Below are positions 11,829 to 24,000 of a stretch of DNA of 64,000 nucleotides, one piece after another. The translations under genes were made by a program, and so were the position numbers. The stretch's first letter is position 1; each line of letters opens with the position of its first letter. Origin of the DNA: Perna viridis (Eukaryota); contig CM074515.1 of the NCBI GenBank assembly GCA_037379345.1, positions 15,004,001 to 15,068,000 on the forward strand, given 5' to 3'. The notes beneath the pieces are model-generated. The model was not told where the DNA came from, did not search any database, and saw only the letters and a list, made by a program, of their open reading frames with translations.

Positions 11829-14800
11829 TATAATAAGCATACACATAATATTTACATCAAATTAATTTTTAAAATTAAAAAAATTTATTAAATTACAAAG
11901 TTTAAGAAGTAGATGCGGCTTTTTAGTTGACATTAAGTTTGAAAACTTGAAAGTATTGCAGTGATTTAGATAATATTGTGGTAAAAACTGTTTGTGTTTC
12001 TCTGAGAAAGAGGAACATTCGAAATATGATATTCATCACTTAGTCCTTGGTGATTGCATAATACACAGTGTCTGTTTTCTCTTTCTATACCTTGCCATCT
12101 ACCAGTTTCGAAAGTTAAAAACTGACTTGTAGTTCTGAATCTGCAGAATTTCTTAGCTTTGGAAATATTAAGAATGTTAAGATGTACTTCAAATTTAAAT
12201 TTGGTTTTGAAAATTCAATAGTTTAATCCCTTTGGCGAGTCACTCACTCTACAGGTGATTTCCCTCGGTATAGTGTAATAGACGTCACTTTTAGAATAAT
12301 TTCCAATCACTTTTACATTTGGGTCATACAAAAATCAGAAGGTCTTTTTTTTTTAATAAATGCAGTTAATAGTTAAAGTATACATGTACATGTTTATCTT
12401 CATTTTAGTATTAGTAGTTTGCATTCAAGCAGAAGTTATAGTGTTTTTATGAGATTTATTCTATAATTATTTTGTATTGAAATTTTAAGTTGATTTTTAA
12501 AATTCTGTTAAATCTTACTCTTTTTTTTTTTTAAGTAGGCATTAGTTGTTATATTGTCAGTTTTACAATTTTTATATTTTTTTTAAGTTCAAAAATAGGT
12601 TGTTTTTTTTTTCAATTTCACTAGGAATTCATTCAACAATGTAGCAATTGTAAAAGTTACTTTTTTTTTATCTTGACAATGATAGAGTTTGAAAAACAAT
12701 GTGCAAATACTTAATATACCAAAAATAGCACCAATTTAGATTCTTTTATGCAGTTATGAACCAAAAATTATTTTCTGTATGAAAAACACTGGACTATCTC
12801 AAACCTAATACTGATGCATATGCTTATAAGTACTTTTTATTTTGGTTTATATTAATTTATTGTTTCTATTTTTTTCAATTTCATTTTGAGTAAACATTGG
12901 AAAACTAAAATCTTGACTTTTGTAAGTTTTTAACTCTCATTTAACTTTTCCTTTTTAAATTGAATAAATAAAAGCATTTGTCTGCTTTGAAAGAAAAGCA
13001 AAACATACAACATATTCCTATAAAGATAAACAGATTCAATATTCTAGTCACTCTTTCTATGGTACACCATTGAATTTAAAATTTCTTCATGTTTTGTGTC
13101 ATAACTCATTAACAATTCAATAATTTAACTTATGTACTTGTACCTGTCCAGGTGAACAAGTAAAATGTACCTGGGATACCACAACTATTTTCCAATTAAT
13201 TAATGAATCATATACTAAAAATAACAGAGGTAAACATCTGAGAGTTGTGCCAGGTATTGGAGGTATATCTGGCATTTATCAGACTGTGCTGCAAGCTGTA
13301 TTGTACTACCTGCTCTAATCTTACCTCCTGAAAATGAAAGGTTTAAAATTGCATAAATAGTCAGTATCATATCCATCTGTCTTTGCAGATTTGGGAGGAG
13401 ACTGAGATGTGGAAAGATTACCATAGAATGAAGGACATTGAAAGAAATGAAAGGGAAAGTAGATATTCCTTCCTCCAGGATAAAAGAATTGATATGAATG
13501 ATGAGTTTTCAAAACGCCAAAACAAAAGTGCTCACATGGACGAAGAACAACAGAGTACAGTTTGTTTGAGGCAATTTTATAAAGAAGAAGAGAAGGATCC
13601 TGACAGGTATGATATGTTAGAAGAGAAGGATCCTGACAGGTATGATATGTTAGAAGAGAAGGATCCTGACAGGTAAGATATGTTAGAAGAGAAGGATCCA
13701 GACAGGTATGATATGTTAAAAGAGAAGGATCCTGACAGGTATGATATGTTAGAAGAGAAGGATCCAGACAAGTATGATATGTTAAAAGAGAAGGATCTTG
13801 ACAGGTATGATATGTTAAAAGAGAAGGATCCTGACAGGTATGATATGTTAGAAGAGAAGGATCCAGACAAGTATGATATGTTAAAAGAGAAGGATCTTGA
13901 CAGGTATGATATGTTAAAAGAGAAGGATCCTGACAGGTATGATATGTTCGAAGAGAAGGATCCAGACAAGTATGATATGTTAAAAGAGAAGGATCCTGAC
14001 AGGTATGATATGTTAGAAGAGAAGGATCCTGACAGGTAAGATATGTTAGAAGAGAAGGATCCAGACAGGTATGATATGTTAAAAGAGAAGGATCCTGACA
14101 GGTATGATATGTTAGAAGAGAAGGATCCAGACAAGTATGATATGTTAAAAGAGAAGGATCTTGACAGGTATGATATGTTAAAAGAGAAGGATCCTGACAG
14201 GTATGATATGTTAGAAGAGAAGGATCCAGACAGGTATGATATGTTAAAAGAGAAGGATCTTAACAGGTATGATATGTTAAAAGAGAAGGATCTTGACAGG
14301 TATGATATGTTAGAAGAGAAGGATCCTGACAGGTATGATATGTTAGAAGAGAAGGATCCTGACAGGTATGATATGTTAAATGGCATAAAATGTAATGACA
14401 TGATTGATATTTTCCATTAGATGCTAATTTTGTTAAATTTATGGTGTGGTTGCAGTGTTCTAGGATTCCACTTTACCGTCACCTGGGGCAAGTGTAATTT
14501 TGAAGCGGAAAAGTTTATCATGTTCAGATTTTCCATTGATGAGTAGAAAACTTTAATTTAAAACTTCAGACTTCAGTTCTGATAGCAGACTTATTTTGTG
14601 GCAAAGTTAATCTTCATTTGGAATTTTTCCATGGAAGCCAGAAATTAAAAAAAAATCCTGGAACACTGGGTAGAGATACATGTATGTGGTTCAATACTTT
14701 TTAATGGGGTAATAGCAGAACTTTAAAATTGTTGTCATGTTACTTCTACAGCAAAGAAGAAGAAATTCTGTTCACCAATACCCCAACTTCTTTTGTAATT

Positions 14801-17403
14801 TTTTCTACTATACTATCTCTTGTGCACAAAAGGGAAGGTAGATATAGATTAGTATAATTTTAGACTGGATCATAGATATACTCAATCAGTCAAACATTTT
14901 CTGCACTTCTTCAGGTATTGACATTGCTTTTTATCATTCTTACAGTTACGTGTAATTTGATGTTTTTTTATGCTTTTGTAGATGGGGACACAGTGGATAT
15001 AAAGAATTATACCCTAAAGATTTTGACAGTGATAGATCAGACGATGAAAGGTTTATCATACTTTTTTTTTGATTTAGGAAAAAAACATTATTTAATTTGA
15101 AGGTTATAAAGAAGAAGATATTAAAGTAGAAATTTTGTTTTAATTTTAAAGGATATTTAAACGATATGTATCCTACTGGCAAATCTGTTGTGAATCTTTT
15201 AACATAAAGTTACAGTTACGGTTAAAAAAAATTTGGCGGAATTTGAAAGAAAAGCAACATGATACTGTATGTCAATATTTAGTGTCCATTAAGGCTACAA
15301 ACCACTAATGTCACTTCCCATAGGCTTCAATGCTCATTTCACTAAGTTCAATGAGTTATGGAGATTCTACCTTAAGTTTAACCTGAAGAAGACTATACAT
15401 CACCTAAAAGCTGCAAAATATTATGTGGGGTTTACTACCCTGCAGTGCGACACTGGCTCCTAGAAGACAATGAGCTAAAAATAGAATGGGAATTCCCTTA
15501 CATTTCATAAAAAGGGGTCTTCATGTAGAACACATAAAAAATATTTAATTCAGTAAGTTACAGTGACCATTTTATGAAGAAATAAAGGAAATATAATTCC
15601 CTGCCAAAGACAAGCTCACTTTTGCACATTTGATGTGCACTTTTTCTACAGCAACATAACACAAGTGCACTAAAACTTGTGTAGGACTTTTTGCGTATGT
15701 TCTGAAAGCTCATTGTTTGAATTAGTGGTATGTAACCTTAATGCTTGTTAATTAAATGCTAAGGTTTCAGAGAAGACTTTCTCCATGTAGAGATAAATAA
15801 ATAATTGTTGAAATAAGTAGAGTACTGAAAAAAAAATAAAGTGACCCATGTGCTATGTGCTTTTAGTAATACTTCAGCGTATATTAAGAAAGCATTTGAA
15901 TTTTTATCCACCATATTCGAGCTTATTTCTGATTATATGATTGTTTAATGTAGGTGGGGGCACAGTGGATTCGAGGAATTGTGTGATGAAAATAGTTCTA
16001 GACGAAATAAATACAGAAGAAAATCAGATAAAAAGTATTTATCTTTTATTATAGAACTCAAATAAGAATTTAAATCTATGTGTAATATTATTAATTGAAT
16101 ATGCTGGATAGGTCATTTACCAGTGTACTTGAAACTCAAATAGTGTTTTGTGTTCCTTAACTTGAAATAGTGCTTGAAATAAAACACCTTCAACTATATA
16201 AAATTTCCTCTGACCCTTTAAACCCTCATTTTTTTTTATTTGTGCATTGATAAACCTGACAAATGAATTATAAAAATTGAAGATTTGCCAAGACATATAT
16301 AATTAACATGCATCAGCAACATATTCACAAATAAATTATAAACAAACAAATGACATAGAGCGGAGAGAATGACAGTGAAAGTAGAAAGAAAAAAGAAAAA
16401 GAAAGTGAGAAAGGATTGTCATGTGATAAATTACCAAACCTTTGGGTATCCTTGATGTAGCTCTGTACAGCAATAAAAAATCTATTATTATTCTCATCAG
16501 ACTATATGTCATAACCAGAGAGTATTGTTTGAATATCTGTATTTTCAGGTAAATTCGCTGATAGAATAGCCTTTCAATTAGATATAATTTACATTCTATG
16601 AAATACTAAATTGAATCTTCACATGGTGGATGCATGAATGTAATATCTTCTCAAGTACAAGGTTGCTTTGCCAAGTGACCTTTATTAATTTCTTATTACA
16701 TGTACTTGCATGCCTTTATAGGAAAAAGAAGCATAAAAAGAAAGACAAGAAAAGTAAGAAGAAAAAGCACAAATCCGGGGAAAAAAATGATCTGAAGAAA
16801 AGACGCAGAAGGAAAGCCGAGAAGGAAAAAAGTTCAATATCTGCCAAAAAAAGGAAGAGAAGCCATGGTAATTATAGTGACAGTTCAGAGAAAGATACAA
16901 GTAGTCAGGAGGATACAAGGAAAACAAAAAACAAAAAATCTCATACAAGTGCTAAATTAAAGAGAAGACACTCAGGTAGTAGTTCTGATTTAAGCCAGAA
17001 ATACAGATCTAGGAGGAAGTATTCATCTGATAGTGATAGTGAATCTCATAGACATTCTAGACATAAAACAAAAATTCATCACAGTGATTCAGATTCTGGC
17101 AGCAGCAATACGCAAAATCTCAGGAAAAGAAAAAGACTTGATTCTGAAGTTGACAATATATTTTACAGACACACATATCAAGAAAATTCAATTGACAAAG
17201 AACTTCTATCTAGAAGAAGTCATGCAGAGCAAGATAAAGCTCCTCAGAGCAATGTAAAACATATAGCCAGCAGTTATTTTAGTAGTGACTCAGAATCTTC
17301 TGACTCACATAAGCATAGAAAAAGACATAAAGTATACAACTCAGGCAAAAGTAGTTCTTCTGAATCAGATTCAGAGTATTACAAGAGATCAAAATGGAAA
17401 TAA
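11333..17403 (+). CDS. NKAPD1: NKAP domain-containing protein 1 (C11orf57 homolog) with K/R/S-rich tail
   Basis: Exons 11333-11398, 13389-13606, 14982-15050, (15954-16034), 16722-17403. MANSAAKTLLRNHIRHADTHNK|IWEETEMWK and DPDR|WGHSGYKELYPKDFDSD match the conserved human motifs [23 protein letters not shown] and PDRWGHSGYKELYPEEF. Phases 0/2/2/2 are consistent. Confidence 0.9.
11790..11824. repeat. (AC)n microsatellite
   Basis: About 17 AC units. Confidence 0.95.
13586..14377 (+). repeat. 33-bp minisatellite, 24 units, spanning the NKAPD1 exon 2/intron boundary
   Basis: Unit AGAAGAGAAGGATCCTGACAG|GTATGATATGTT; GT at 13607+33n up to 14366; encodes (Y)DMLEEKDPDR repeats. Confidence 0.97.
15293..15737 (+). 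mobile_element. Kolobok-like MITE, copy 3
   Basis: TTAA|GGCTACAAACCACTAAT ... ATTAGTGGTATGTAACC|TTAA with intact TTAA duplication; collinear with copy 1. Confidence 0.75.
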
Positions 17404-18322
17404 CCACTGATTGTATCAGCAGACATTGACCAGCAGTATTTTTCCTTAGAAGTTTTTAGTTTGTTTTTTTATTGCCCTAAGATATGACTTTGTTGTATTA
17501 GTCATGCCATTTTTTTTCTGCTTTTACTTCAAAAAGTGTGCATTGTGTAATTCCATGAAGACAGTCATGTGATATGCATGCTTCTTGCATCAAAAATTAC
17601 TTTAATGAATTAACATGCAGATTATAATCTAAAGTTTCTTTTTGAAGAAAAATGATACTATTTTGTAGTATTTATGAAATATGCTCAAGGAAAGACATCA
17701 ATATGAAATAAGGGTTTCACTTGTGATTTTAAAAGTAGTTGAATTAATGTGGAGAATGTGTGCTTAGAATCATATTTGTAATTTATTACAAAGGTGTATA
17801 AATATTGTTTACATGTGTGAGTAATTTGCCTTCATGCTGTCAGTTATCATGAAAGGTAAAATTGTGGATTTTTAGTATCATTTATTCAAGTCAAATTTGT
17901 GAAAAATGTCTGCAAACAAGGTACCATTAGAGTAATGATTATTTTGCAAAGGTATGCACCTTTTAATACCTCATATGTCCTGGGAATTCACTTAATTTTG
18001 AAATTTATAATTTGAACATGTAAAGTAAAGGAAATGTAAGAAGTAAAAGTTGTCATTGAGACCTGAACTCATAATGTTTAAACAGCATTGACACACATAC
18101 ATGTGATAAATAAGCTTCTTTGCATTAAAAGTAGGTATTATTTTGACAGTAATAAAATTAAGTATAGTTTAAGTATAGTTTAATTACCAGTACAACCATT
18201 GTTCTTTCATTAAAAAAAGATTTATTTTTCCTCTCATATGTGTTTTTAGAACATTGTTCTAAGTATAGGTATTTTTTTATTAGAATGTGCTGTTTAAAGC
18301 ACTAAATAAGTAGTTATATTAA

Positions 18323-19120
18323 AGGAGAAGACTATGAAATTACGCATGTCATAAATATTGAAACTAATCTGTAAAATGTCCATGAAAATTAATTTGAAAC
18401 AAAATAATTTCCTTTCCTTAACTAATTAATCGCAATTAGAAATTAGGGAATTTCAATTTCCCTGCTTAACAATGCCACCATGATCGGTTGAGCTGTGACG
18501 TCATGAAGTCGGTTTGTAAAGTGAAAGTAAATAGGTAATTGATTATGATGTCCAAAGAAATCACAGAATTGGGACTTTTCCTATAATTTCAACCTAAAAT
18601 AAACAGAAGAGATTGAAGCACAACATGTAAGCAAATGTCAGACAATATTGATGAACAACAGGATTTGCAGCCAGAAGGCTATTATGTCTGAGGAATATCT
18701 AATGGCTACTTCCAAAGAATGTTCGTATTGCTGGTAAAAATAATTTGAATATTTCTCTTTTATTATTCGTGCAGTCGTAAGCTTGACAAGACATGTTTTG
18801 GTGATCAGATAAACAGGATCGTAGAAATTTATTCGGATTATTCTTCATGTACATATTATTTGCAATGTATCAGTACCAAACCGACTTTGTGACATCATGA
18901 GTCAATCCGAAGCCATCGGTAAAAATCAATATAGTCTGCTTATGATCTTCCTTAGATAGAGTTCTGTAAGATGTCTATCTACATATATTTCAGATTTCGA
19001 ACTTTGTATAGCCTTGAGCATTTTATAAAACCGCATTTTGCATTAAAGGTTATTTATTTTTGTTTACGTAAGTATTATTTATCATAAGAGCTTCACTTAA
19101 TGCAAAGGCAGTCTTTCCCT
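18323..19120. mobile_element. Second Kolobok-like non-autonomous element (about 800 bp)
   Basis: TTAA|AGGAGAAGACT ... AGTCTTTCCCT|TTAA, plus an internal inverted repeat (about 18484-18516 vs 18877-18910). Confidence 0.65.
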
Positions 19121-21060
19121 TTAATACCACCAAAACTAGATGTCTTTCAGAATGTTTAAATTCTATCTAGAAAAACAAAACAAAAAGAATTAGTATCTAT
19201 ATTGGGGGAGAATTAAGATTATACAAAAGATTTGGAAGTACAGTGAGTGTCAGTTTTATAAGAAATAAATATTTTAAGTTGTTTGATTTTACTCTTATCA
19301 TTTCATGCAATGAATATTAAATGTAGCAGAAATTTAGTTCCTGATACATTTTTAGAAATTCAAGTGATAGATCTGAGGAAGGTCAAGGTCAATCATAATT
19401 CACACATTCTCATATATGTAGTACTTTAAAAATAATACAACAAATTTTGACTTTTTAGTGATTGTCACTGAAGTTTTAAATTCAGTTGAATTATTGACTT
19501 CATGTTTATGTTAGAATAGGAGGAATAATCACTGGAAAAATATTTTGAATTTCAGAATTGACTCTATGGATCAGGGTTTATCACTAAATACCTTTTATTT
19601 AATTTAAAATATCCTATTCCTTTATATTGAGGACACTTCAAAGTTGCAGAAGTCATCCTCTTTTTTTTTTACTTTCACCATGAGAAATAGAAAAGAGAAA
19701 ATCTTTCTACAATACAAGTGTTACAATGTTGAGTTTCCTTTTTATCAGCTACTCATTCCAATGTTGTTTGTATCTCCAAACTTATATGTTAAATTTTAGA
19801 GAAGCTGCACCCAGTGTACTGATTTTCTGGATAGGGTTCAATGGTTAACTCGAAACCTACATCTACAGGATCATGCTGTCTATAGGTAAGGTTGTCACTT
19901 AAAAAATTCTACAATTGTTACCATGACTGGATTGATAGCTATTGAATGTCGAATTTGACACACAGCCTCCATCAGTTATGACCCCAATGATCAGTTGTCT
20001 TGAAAGAAGTAGATACTCCATAGCTTTCCAGAATACCTGAGTTCACTCCTAGTTTTTAGTGGAGTGCTCATTTGTATACATTTCAGTTCCTTTATGTGAC
20101 TTATTCTTTGTTTTTTTACGGTCTGAGCTGTGTTTTGTTAACACATTTTTCCTTTGACATAAAAGGTAGGAGTTCAGTATATGCTTTTCTGGTCTTTAAT
20201 CCTTCAATTAAAATTAGCCATAAAAATAAAAACAGAAATAAGCAACTTAAGTTGGTTTCCGATTTTTTTTTTTTTTTGCAGCACTCAAAAACTTTTTTAA
20301 AGTGTTAAAGTTCAATCACTCAGATCAGAAATAAAAGTTAGATTTTCACCAAAAAATACAGACCTGCAGGTCATAATCAAAAAATGGCTCTAAAAGTTTG
20401 AAGCAGTTCCGAAGGGTTTATACACCTTGGTAAGAATCAGAAAGAAGAAGAAAAAATAACTTTGAAGAATGCAGACCTTCTAACAAGTACATTAAACAAC
20501 TGAAAAATTTGAGGTAATCTAAAAACTGGCATATTAAATGATTGACAGGAATTAACTATAGACAATATCGCATGAATTTTAGGACAGCCATTTCATCAAA
20601 CAGACTCTACTACGTACTAGTCAAACACACTGAGCTGGATTTTGATGTGCTAGCTCAAAAGAAAGATATGTCAGCAGCATGAAGACATGTCACCCTTCTT
20701 TGACACATTCTGATTTTGAGCCAACTAGTCAGCACACATACGATGTAGTTAGTAGACTTCAAATGCACCTGCTTAAAGGGTTATATAATAAAACACAGAG
20801 TAGAAAACAAGACTTGTGTAACATTGCTCTGATAAAATAATACATAATAAATTCATCAATAAATATACATTGTCATAGATCTAATGAAAGTCAGGAGAAC
20901 AACAAATTGATATCACAGATTATAAGACTATAGGTCCTGTAGACTTGGTCTGTTTAATCTCAGACTACAGTTTTTTTTCAAAATGATTCTCAACTCTTGA
21001 AAATTTGAATTTAGATTCCAAAAGTAGATTTAAAATATGAGTCTAAATGGTTTCACTGCT

Positions 21061-24000
21061 TCAGTCACCCCCCTCCTCAGCTTGTTCTGTTGATGGTTCC
21101 TCAGTTTTCTCCTCTTCCTGAGTTTGTTGTTCTGGTTCAGCTTCCTTTTCCTCACTGTCACCCTGTGGTTGTTCCTCTGAAGGTTTGTCCTCTTTAGCCT
21201 CAGATTGCTCTCCCTGTTGTTCAGTTGACTGCTCCCCTTGTTGCTCTTCTGCTTGCTCATCAGCTTGTTGTTCTCCTGTAATTAAGAATACCATCAAGTT
21301 TTTTCTAAAATAAGTTGTGATTACTTGCGAATCTGAGACAATCAAACAAGTCAGATGAATGGCTAAGTCAATATGAACTTTTTATGGTATATAAATTTAA
21401 GAAATAATTTTACATCTTGCTTTAAAATTGTCATCATAAAACACTGAAAGATGTTAAAATTCGAAAGTCATCTCTAAAGAAGACTCATGATAAATTCTGA
21501 TTTTTTGGATCCACATATGGCTACATTATGTGTACTAAGGAAGATGATACCATGCATCAATTGGTGAACTTCAGGATGGTGAAATATTTTGCTGGTGCAT
21601 CATTGATATAAATATTTTACAAATTCAAAAGCATGCAAAAAACACCAACATTTACAGACACCTCACTGAAAAGCTGATACAGAGCAACAACAACTTTGGA
21701 TTTAAAATCAACATCTCATGTTCTTGGTACGCAGGTCATTTGATTTGGTTCTAAATCTACATAGATGATATAATTCATCTCATTCTAAAAAAAAAACCAA
21801 CTTTTCTTCATGAAAAAAAAAAACAAACTTCAGAAAATATTTTTTCATAACAAAAAAACCTTAGTGTAACAAATATGCAAGCAGACATGCAAACACTGAA
21901 CATGCTGAGGAGTCCCGAGGATTACCTTCAGATGTTAGTTGTATTTAATAAGTAGCTGTGGACAAAAAAGTGCACATTACAATATGGGATTAAAATGTGA
22001 TGTGAATGTTACTTGGAAATTGATGCACTTTAAAATAATCAGGTGTTCATTTTCAGGTAAAATCTTTAAAATAGTTTTCAATAGATAAATTTTTCATCCT
22101 TCATAATTCACATTTACTTAAGCATAATTAAGTATCATATAGAAAATGGACATTATCTATGTAGCTACAAAGCTATTTTATATTCAAAGCAATAAACTAC
22201 CAGTACATTCTATCTATGTTTATACAACATACAGCATAACAAAAAAAACTCCTACATGACATTTTGAAATTGTCTCCCCTGACTTTCAAGTTATCTCCCT
22301 CTTTCATAGATTGGGAAACACAATCAAAAATTATAATAAAATAATAATTACATAATAAATTAATACCATAAGTTATTTGCTGTTAGATCCATTTTCACCT
22401 ACAAACAATTAAATGAATTTTAACAGTGATTAAAAATCAGGTGTAAACAGAGGGATAAATTAAAAGTTCAAGGATGAGCTAAGTGTATTTTTTAATGTGA
22501 AGATGGTATTTAACAGAAAGTTATACATGAGTTATCTACCTTGTGATTCCTCTTCAGCTTTTTCTTCTTCATCTGTCTGAAGATGGATTGCTGTCACCTG
22601 ACCAGCAAGCCATTTAGGTGTTACATTTGGTGACGCTTCTTCTTCGTCTGTTCCTTTATCTTCTTTGTCCTAGATCATAGATTTATTGCCTTAACTTAAT
22701 TCTGGATATAATTAAGAATTGGCTATGATAAAACTTTTGTCTATTGAAAAATAACATAAATTTTCCATGTGCATATTGTTTATTGCGCAAAGTGCAATAA
22801 ACAAAATATGCACATGGAAAATTTATCTTATTTTTCAATAGGCAAAATTTTTATCATAGTCAATTCTTATAAATTAATTTTAAAACATATTTTTATCTTT
22901 AAACATGAGAAAAGTAGCTCTGAATTTAACAGAATAGGGGCGTGTCAATATTTTTTTAATTCATTGAGATATAACAAAATTATTTTAACTAATTAGATAA
23001 CAGTATTCATCTCAAATTAATTTATTGTTTGATGATATCAACATAGTTCATTACTGATAACTTAAAAGTACTCAATGTATGAGACTTACAACTACATCTT
23101 TTGCTGAACTAGGGTCTCATACAGATGGTGTGCTGCCCTTTTTGTGGAATTTTATAAGTGCCCTGCACCTTTCTGTCATTTTTCACTGAGCAGATCATTT
23201 TTACATGGTAATGCTTGCATGATTTGCCTTCAAATTTATCTCTAAAATACTTTAGTCCCCTTTTTAAAACTGAACTACCTTGCTTTTTCAAAAGCTGCAA
23301 GGAACACTATTAAATAGTGCTCATAATAGTTTTCATTAAGAAGGAGTATAAGAGGTGTGATTAAAATATGAAAGAGCCAGCCCACTGTATACAAAAAAAA
23401 CATCACTTCCTAAATAATTTATAAATTACCTGTTCTATGTGGATGTACTCTCCGTGCTGTTCACAACCAATATCAAATACATATTTTCCCTTTCCAAATG
23501 GCTGTAAAAATAAAAGCAATGTGAAATTGGAGGGTCTACTACTGTTTGATCATGTTATCAAACCAATGATTTTCAAAAGTATGAATGAGATAAGTGATCC
23601 TGAATTTTTCTTACTAGTACCAAAGAACTTGTATTATTACACTTTCACATATAACAATATATAGGTCCTTGCTTTTTATTACCTTATCATCTTTGAAAAC
23701 ACCAACATATTTATGATTTGCATGAATGAGCTCGCCATGTCCTTCTCGCTTTCCTCGCTGCCACCTTCCACAATATTTAGTACCAGTTTGAGCATATGTG
23801 TATGTGCCTTGACCATGTCGTAAATGATCTTGCCATTCTCCTTCATAAGTGTCCCCATTTACATATGTGTATTTGCCAAAACCACATCGTTGGTCTTTAA
23901 CCCAGTTTCCTGAAGAAAAAAAAAATTAACCTCAATTCATAAAGGTATATAATAGGTTTAGTGTATAGATTTCTCCATTTGGAAACTAGATTTAAGGCAG

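Noticed and set aside
13586-14377. CRISPR-like reading of the 33-bp array
   Set aside because: No unique spacers, no cas genes, eukaryotic context.
13577-14401. 274-aa antisense ORF of NISYLSGSFSS repeats
   Set aside because: By-product of a 33-bp unit that has no stop in that frame; it ends with the array and has no other coding support.
13680-14420. Two ORFs of MLEEKDPDR repeats as independent genes
   Set aside because: They are segments of the intronic array delimited by the two TAA units.
21030-21260. Alternative-frame basic ORF over the RSPH1 last exon, and ORFs overlapping the NKAPD1 last exon
   Set aside because: Shadow ORFs of low-complexity coding sequence; splice phase selects the acidic frame.
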